Assembly (NCBI GenBank): GCA_043813365.1
Contig: JBDRLB010000003.1
Span: 1 to 13,834 of the forward strand
Direction: 5' to 3'
DNA: 13,834 nt
From: Candidatus Micrarchaeota archaeon
GTDB lineage: Archaea > Micrarchaeota > Micrarchaeia > Norongarragalinales > SBBD01
Every line of letters starts with the position of its first letter. Position 1 is the stretch's first letter. Below the pieces are notes generated by a model. That model was given only the letters and a program-made list of their open reading frames with translations, searched no databases and had not been told where the DNA came from. This document shows, piece by piece, positions 1-6,300 of the stretch. A program made the translations under genes and the position numbers.

Positions 1-37
1 GCAATCGGCTCAAGGGGGACGTGCCCCCGTCGCCGAT

Positions 38-198
38 GCGGGGATGACAGAGCGGCTATGTATCCGCCTGCAGAAGCCCCTTTTTCTTTCCCGAAAGAAA
101 AAGGCCCTTGGGTTCAAAAAGAAAGGGCATTTCATTGGAAAATCGAAAAAGGGATTTGCAGCGAGCGGAGTAGGTGAGTTCAACTCTCACTCCCCGCT
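38..198 (+). tRNA. tRNA-Cys(GCA) with a 90-nt intron at canonical position 37/38 (exons 38-73 and 164-198)
   Basis: Acceptor stem GCGGGGA (38-44)/TCCCCGC (191-197). D-arm ACAG-AGCGGCT-ATGT. Anticodon stem TCCGC (63-67)/GCGGA (165-169), with loop CT-GCA-G|A after splicing. T-arm GTGAG-TTCAACT-CTCAC (174-190). Discriminator U (198) is the tRNA-Cys identity base. No encoded CCA; a T-run follows. Confidence 0.95.
74..163 (+). other. Archaeal tRNA intron with bulge-helix-bulge junctions
   Basis: Central 4-bp helix CTGC (68-71)/GCAG (158-161). Three-nt bulges AG|A (72-74) and CG|A (162-164). Intron stem CCCTTTTTC (78-86)/GAAAAAGGG (145-153). Confidence 0.9.
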
Positions 199-296
199 TT
201 TAATATCATTCCAGAGGTAAACTCCTTCTTTTCTTTCGAGCTATTTTATTTTGCAGCGCCACCGCTTTTCCTTGAAGAAAAAGAGAAGCAAGGCGA

Positions 297-503
297 TTAT
301 TCCTTTTCTTCTTTCTCTTCCTCCAGCTCCTCGCCGAACTCTTCCGCGAACTGCTCGGAGAGGTCCTCCAGCTTTTCCTCCATCACGGACAGCCGGCGGT
401 CGAGCTCGTTGTTCTTCTCAATCAGCTGGTTCATCTTCCTTACGAGTTCGGATTCGTCCTCCGGCAGCAGGGGGATTCCGGCGTTTTTGGGCTTTTTGGG
501 CAT
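297..503 (-). CDS. Small acidic coiled-coil protein, 68 aa, hypothetical
   Basis: ATG at 503 is preceded by GGTGAT (508-513, minus), an archaeal SD. The protein MPKKPKNAG... has a heptad-like segment (LVRKMNQLIEKNNELDRRLSVMEEKLEDL) and a Glu-rich tail. The longer start in the ORF track (596) overlaps the divergent gene. Confidence 0.75.
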   Translation of the reverse strand: MPKKPKNAGIPLLPEDESELVRKMNQLIEKNNELDRRLSVMEEKLEDLSEQFAEEFGEELEEEKEEKE

Positions 504-562
504 GAATATCACCAATACAGAAAAGGTTAAAACGGAAGGGAATTTAATAGGATGTGGATCAG

Positions 563-1171
563 ATGGGAATAACTTACAGGATTGGTAGGAACGCATTCAA
601 CTGGTTTTATTCGAACATCATAACAGCTTATACGAAACCGGTTAGTGCGGCTGTTGCACTGCTATGGGCTTATTTCGCAGCGAGCCAAATTAACGGCGAG
701 CAGACATGGAATTTATTCTACGCCTATGCTGCAGGGCAGATATTGTATTTCGTCTATTTTGGGTACCTAAGAATCAGGTATGGCAAAGGCGGATTTTTCG
801 AAATTTTTGAACGGAATCAGAAGGAAAGATGGGGAATTTTATCGACAATAATAAGTTATCCAAGGGCTCTGGTTTTCATTTTAACGTGGATATTTATGCC
901 CCTGGGGCTCGTCATCTTTACATTGCTTAATGCGTTTTTCATCATAGGATCGGTTGTCGGGGTAATCCTTCCCAATTACGAGGGAGCTTTACTGACGCTT
1001 TGCATCTTCCTGCTGCTGTTTGCTTGGGCGATTGTAAGCTGGTTTGAACACAGGAAGCGTAAGGAAGCGCTGGTTTCGGAAAAAGTGAAGAAAGTAGGCT
1101 GGATCGGCAAATTCCAGCATAGATTCGGGGAACTGCTCACTGATGAAGAAAAGAAAAAATTAGAGGAATGA
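563..1171 (+). CDS. Hypothetical integral membrane protein (about 4-5 hydrophobic segments, charged C-terminal tail)
   Basis: Hydrophobic stretches such as AAVALLWAYFAA, LFYAYAAGQILYFVYFGYL, ALVFILTWIFMPLGLVIFTLLNAFFIIGSVVGVIL and ALLTLCIFLLLFAWAIVSW. Start is ATG 563 or GTG 554. GAAAAGGTTAAAA (520-532) resembles a BRE/TATA element. Confidence 0.8.
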   Translation: MGITYRIGRNAFNWFYSNIITAYTKPVSAAVALLWAYFAASQINGEQTWNLFYAYAAGQILYFVYFGYLRIRYGKGGFFEIFERNQKERWGILSTIISYPRALVFILTWIFMPLGLVIFTLLNAFFIIGSVVGVILPNYEGALLTLCIFLLLFAWAIVSWFEHRKRKEALVSEKVKKVGWIGKFQHRFGELLTDEEKKKLEE

Positions 1172-1176
1172 GAGAA

Positions 1177-1929
1177 TTACTTGAAGACCTCTTCCACTTT
1201 CTTCACAACAATCCCTTTCTCCGAAATCTCAAGCGGGTGGATTTCGAGCGAATGCTTCGTGCCGCGCATCTTCCGGATGTAGAGGGTGCGGGTCGCGCCG
1301 GTCCCGACCCCGAGGAAATTGAGGATGATTACCCCATCTGCTACGTATTCCTCGACTTCGTATTTTGAGAATTGCATCGCTGCACCGGAGCCAAGCGACT
1401 GCTCGGGGATTTCTGAAGTGATTATTGTTGTTAGCCCTGAACGCGCAACGATGTACGCAAGCTTCAGCACGGCCCTCCGGATCTGGGATTCGGTATCCAA
1501 TTGCGAGGCCATTGCAGGAACCGAATCGATCACTAGCCTTTTGGCCCCGATGTTCCTTGCAACCCCGAGAATGTCAACGAGCAATTTGTCCACATCAAGC
1601 TGTCCGGGAAGGATCGCATGCTCCTCCTCCGAAGGGACGCCTGCCCTTGCGGAAGTGGCATCCACGATCGCAAGAAGGTCATTGTCCTCGAGCTCCTTGA
1701 GGTTCCACTTGAAATTCAGCATATCCTGCCTGATTTTTTCCGGCATTTCATCGAAAGTGACGAATACGCCGGGCTCTTCGGCCTCCAGAATCCCGCGGTA
1801 AACGAATTGCATTGAGAAAATCGATTTCCCGGTCCCGCATGCGCCTGAAACGAGAATGGCCCTTTTCTTCGGGAAGCCTCCCCCCAAAAGTTCGTCAAGT
1901 CCGTAAATCCCTGAAGTGGTCCGGTCCAT
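1177..1929 (-). CDS. Single-domain KaiC-like / RAD55 family RecA-superfamily ATPase
   Basis: N-terminal SGIYGLDELLGGGFP, Walker A GACGTGKS, FVTFDE, Walker B RLVIDS, EEYVADGVI and RTLYIRKMRGT motifs. SD-like GTGAT upstream. Confidence 0.93.
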   Translation of the reverse strand: MDRTTSGIYGLDELLGGGFPKKRAILVSGACGTGKSIFSMQFVYRGILEAEEPGVFVTFDEMPEKIRQDMLNFKWNLKELEDNDLLAIVDATSARAGVPSEEEHAILPGQLDVDKLLVDILGVARNIGAKRLVIDSVPAMASQLDTESQIRRAVLKLAYIVARSGLTTIITSEIPEQSLGSGAAMQFSKYEVEEYVADGVIILNFLGVGTGATRTLYIRKMRGTKHSLEIHPLEISEKGIVVKKVEEVFK

Positions 1930-1960
1930 AGCAAATCACGGAGCGATTACAGAAAAGTTG

Positions 1961-1968
1961 TTTAAATA
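1961..1968 (-). promoter_or_regulatory. Putative TATA box for the KaiC-like gene
   Basis: TATTTAAA on the minus strand about 32 nt upstream of ATG 1929. Confidence 0.5.
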
Positions 1969-2033
1969 CCTATTGTTTGCGGAGGAATATTTGGCCGATT
2001 GCATCAATGCAATGTGATATTCGGATGATCCGG

Positions 2034-2579
2034 TTATTTTCGATAGCCCCTAATCTGCTCCTTCTCGCTTTCCTTCGTGATGCGCCTTCCGGCAAGGTTG
2101 TTCACAGTGCGCTCTGCAAATCCTTCCGCGCGCACGAGGTCGTTCTCCTTCAATTCGCCCTTTCCGAGCAAGGTAAGCAGCCCCTGGCGCTTCAGGCTGA
2201 TCGTGCTGAAAACAGCTGCGGACTTGCGCTTCAGTTTTTCCTCTATTTTGGCGAGGTATTTGCGGTTTATGAAATAGGAGCAGAACAATGCGACCCTTTT
2301 CCCCTGGAAATCGTTGTGCTCAATGAAATCCAGCAGTTTGGCGCTTTCGGAAAGGTTGTGGATCTCGAATCCGATAAATATCAGGTCGTATGCGGAGAGG
2401 TCGTGCTTGGCAGAATGGGCTGAGCGTGGAAGGAAGCCGAAATAATCGTAAATTTGGAACGAATCCTTCAGGTCAATGACATCGGGAAGCACGCCGGCAG
2501 CCTTGCATCCCACTACAATATGAAAGGCAAGTTTTTCAGCAGTGCCGGATTTGGAAGCATAAGCAACTAATATACGCAT
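2034..2579 (-). CDS. Flavodoxin-like protein
   Basis: N-terminal RILVAYASKSGTAEKLA resembles the flavodoxin FMN phosphate loop (YxSxTGNT). Also DLSAYDLIFIG, GKRVALFCS and a C-terminal helix ENDLVRAEGFAER. Confidence 0.8.
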   Translation of the reverse strand: MRILVAYASKSGTAEKLAFHIVVGCKAAGVLPDVIDLKDSFQIYDYFGFLPRSAHSAKHDLSAYDLIFIGFEIHNLSESAKLLDFIEHNDFQGKRVALFCSYFINRKYLAKIEEKLKRKSAAVFSTISLKRQGLLTLLGKGELKENDLVRAEGFAERTVNNLAGRRITKESEKEQIRGYRK

Positions 2580-2634
2580 GCAAGCCTTAAATCGGCAATC
2601 TTAATAAAGATTGGAGAATTTGAGTAGCTGTAGT

Positions 2635-3300
2635 ATGGAAAAGGGGAAGATGGGGTTATTGCTGAACCTTGCCAAAATGGGGGCGCTGCAGAACAAGGTA
2701 AGGGTTAGCGCTGCTGGGCTTGCAATCGGGTTGGGGGTATCGCAGCAAACCGCTAACCGGTGGCTGCTGGAGATGCAGGCGGAAGGGCTGCTCATCAGGA
2801 GCTTTGCGGAAATCGTGCTCACGCAGAAAGCTGCAGGGGAACTCGAGGGATTGCAGAAGGAACTCGAGGAAATTTTCAGGAGCAGGGGTAAGAAAATCAA
2901 AATTTATGGAAGGGTAGTGGGCGGGATGCACGAGGGCAGGTATTACCTCTCAATTCCGGAGTACAAGCGGCAGCTTCAGAAGGCGCTCAAATTCGAAATT
3001 TATCCCGGAACGCTGAACATCAAGCTGGAGGGGGAGGGAAGCGTCGAGGGCAAGCAGAAGTTAATGGCAAATTCCGGCATAGGCATTTCGGGTTTCAGGA
3101 AGAACGGCAGGGTGCTGGGAGGCGCAAAAGTGTTCCCGGCGAAAATCTTTTCAAAAAAAATGCAGCGGGCGGCAGCGGCAATAATCCCTTTCAAATCGCA
3201 TTACGGTTCGGAGGTGCTGGAACTGATTTCAAGCGAATTTTTGAGGAAAAGCATGCACCTGAAAAACGGGCAGGAGTTGGAAGTGATTGTCGATTTGTAA
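2635..3300 (+). CDS. ribK: CTP-dependent archaeal riboflavin kinase with N-terminal winged HTH (RbkR-type kinase/regulator)
   Basis: HTH LAIGLGVSQQTANRWLLEMQAEGLL. Kinase motifs GRVVGGMHEGRYYL, YPGTLNI, PFKSHY and ELISSEFLRKSMHLKNGQEL. Start is ATG 2635 or 2650 rather than TTG 2611. Confidence 0.92.
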   Translation: MEKGKMGLLLNLAKMGALQNKVRVSAAGLAIGLGVSQQTANRWLLEMQAEGLLIRSFAEIVLTQKAAGELEGLQKELEEIFRSRGKKIKIYGRVVGGMHEGRYYLSIPEYKRQLQKALKFEIYPGTLNIKLEGEGSVEGKQKLMANSGIGISGFRKNGRVLGGAKVFPAKIFSKKMQRAAAAIIPFKSHYGSEVLELISSEFLRKSMHLKNGQELEVIVDL

Positions 3301-3348
3301 GCATCGAATGGGATTGTAGAAATGCATCCGCAAATGATCCATTTGTTC

Positions 3349-6300
3349 CTAGCCAAAGTAATTCGGGTATTGCGAAATCCTGTACGCATTGAGCTGCGTC
3401 TCGGTGCCTCCAGATGGGCGGTATTTCAGGGTGCTAGTTTCCAGCGAGCTGTTTTGCGGTGCCGAGAGGCAGTAACTTCCCTCGGCTAAAGCCGCAACCG
3501 AGCAAATGCCCGAGTAGGTATAACTCCTCAGATCCGGCGAGGAGTCGGGCACTGTCGGCCATTCGAACTGGAAGCAGTTTGCAAAACCGGAAAGGTCGGG
3601 GTAGGCCGAAGGGGCGGAATGGTATGCATCAAAGAGGTTGCACGCATAAGGTTTGGGGCATTCCGGCGGGACGGATTGCGCCGCACCGCTGAACATTTGC
3701 ATTGCGTCAACCCTCATGGGCTTGAGCTCGAAACTCCAGCTTGCGCCGTAGTTCACGGATTTTGCGGTCAGAGTATAAAGACCGAACCTCGCCTTGCATT
3801 GCGGCGGTATGGTCTGGGAGAAATTGACGGCGTAATTGCCTGTGAAGGTGTGCATAACATTGTTGATCACGTTCGCATTCTCCAGATAAACGATAGAGAA
3901 GGCGAATCCTACTGCCGGTGAGATGAAATATTTCATCGGGCTCCCGGTTTCTGTTTGCGAGCGCCGGAATGCGGAGGCGCTGGCGGAATCGGATGCCAAT
4001 TTCCTTAGGGAATCGAGGCGCTGCTTGACGAACTGGTTGTTTGCGCACGCGGATGTCATGGGATTGCATGCTGCAAGCTCGGAAGAGACGGAATCAATAA
4101 GGGAGGAAAAACTGCCTGCATCATAATCGCCGGTTAGCTGCCTGAAATTCTGCACGCCGGCAGGGCCGTTGAAATAGATCACCTGCCCGGAGCCGGAAGC
4201 GGGCGGGGTGCCGTCAATTGTGAAGGAGATGGGGAAGTCGGCGGTGTTGAAATTGCCGGCAGTGTCATTGCACCTGATGTAATAGTTGTAAGCAGCGCCG
4301 TTTTCGAGGCTGCCCATCAGCCTCGAATGGGTAGTGCCTTCTGTTGTTGAGAAGGTGCCGGCCATTGAGCCATATGCGGTATTCGGAGTAGTTGCATACC
4401 TGCAGGTTGCAGCCTCATTGGTATTGAGGCTCATGGTAACGGATGTTGAGCCGTATGGAAGCATCGCATTCGGAAGCGCATTTGAATGCACCGGTGGCGT
4501 CATGTCCGAGGTTGTTGTGAAGGAATACTCCACGGTGGGTGCGCAGCCTGCGGAATTGCATGCAACAGGCTTGAAATAATAAGTCGTGGAGCGTTGCAGA
4601 TTTACAAGGTCGAAAATCTGGCGGGATGCGGCCGAATTGTTCATGTAATATGGGTAATTGCCCATGCCGCCATACTGTACTGAGCTTGCAGATGCGGGAG
4701 AAACATCGAATGTGATGCGGGCGGATGACTCGAGCACATTGGTGACGTTCACGTTGGTGACTGCTGGTCGGAAAACCGTCGTTATGGTTGTGCAGTTTGA
4801 GGGGCTGCTTTCAGTGCATTGGAGGTTGCTGCAGGAAATCGCCTTGAAGAAGTAATTGGAGCCCCTGCTTAAGCCGGTCAGGAGGACGGAATGCGTTATG
4901 CCGCTTCCTGTTACAGATTGGGTAAGGCTGAAATTGCCTGCTCCGATGCCATAAACAACAGTTGAGTTGCTATCAATGTGGGTCGTCCATGTGACCGTAA
5001 AGGAATTCTGGCCGACGTTGGAGCATGCCAGTTGGGAAATATCCGGAGCAGGATCGGAGTAAGTCCTGAAAGAGAACCCGTCCTTTGAATCGCATCCAAC
5101 AGCATTGCAGCTTATGACTTTGTAATAATAAGTGGTTCCGGCAACTAATCCGCTCAATGTGCGGGTGTGAATCGCAGTATAGCTATAATATCCGACCGTG
5201 AAGGGATAATTGCCTGGGCTGATGCCGTATTCAATGGTGGTATTGCCGGTGCTGCTGGTATTCCACGTAATGGCTGCGGAATTTTCAGTAATGGAATAGT
5301 TTACGGGACCAGCGGTGATTATCGGTACGCTCAGGGTCTTGAAAGACCTTATTGCAGACTCAATGGAAGGCGATCCGGAACTTCCGGAACTGATCGCCTT
5401 ATAATAATAAACGGTCCCTTCCTGCAGATTTAAGAGATTTGCTGAATGATCGAAGGAGGGAGGGCCGCTTGCCGCAATGGTTTGATCCAAAGTAGTATCA
5501 GTTAAACCGTAATTCACCTTGGAGTCGCCCTCGAAGTTGGTTTCCCATGCGATGGTTGCCGAATTCCGGAGCACTGAAACAAGGTCGGGGCCGTCGGTGA
5601 TCATTGGAGAGCCTGCAACTAAATTAAAACGCGCATCGACATGGCCGCCTTGTGTTACGGTAATTGGCCTCGTTTCCGTTATCCATCCGGTTTTGCTTAC
5701 ACCAACCGTATATGTGCCAACTGCAAGCTTGTGGATAACAACAGGCGCATATCCTTTGAATACGCCGTTTAGGCGCACAATTGCGCCGGATGGGAAGCTG
5801 ATAACCGTGATGTTCGCTTCAGGAACGAGATTTGCATTCACTGTGGTTGTTTGGCCGCTGATGAGGTTGACGGTTTTGGTATAATCAACATACCCGTTCA
5901 TGGAGACCTTGACAATCCTTGTTGATGGGTCGATCTCGATATGGTACGGGGTATTGCCATCACATGCGCCCCCGCATTCAACATCGGCACCTATCGGATT
6001 GCTATAAACATTCAAAAAGGCAGATTCCTCAAAGGAGATGCTCTTTGAATTTTCAAACCTGCCGCGGGGGTTTGTTAACAGAGTATAGCCGAAAACCGAT
6101 GCCGCACCCGCGTAGCGCGCATTGTCCAATAAAGTGATTTCACCGTAGGCGCCACTGTACATAAGGACATCATTTTGCGCCTGGAGCTGCCGGTTGTTGA
6201 GCACGTACCCAGTCCTCAGATTCGCTGTTGAATAGCTTTCAGTGTCGAACCCGTAATAAGAAGCAGGAGTGAACTGGTAGAGGTTATTGTAGGGGTTTTT

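Noticed and set aside
74..163. C/D-box guide, group I intron or homing endonuclease in the tRNA intron
   Set aside because: No RTGATGA or CTGA boxes, and too short for a ribozyme or ORF. The BHB motif explains the splicing.
164..198. tRNA 3' end used as an attachment site for an island
   Set aside because: I saw no second copy of the tRNA 3' exon and no integrase in the window.
1177..1929. True circadian kaiC
   Set aside because: Single domain, no S-T phosphosite pair, and no kaiA or kaiB nearby.
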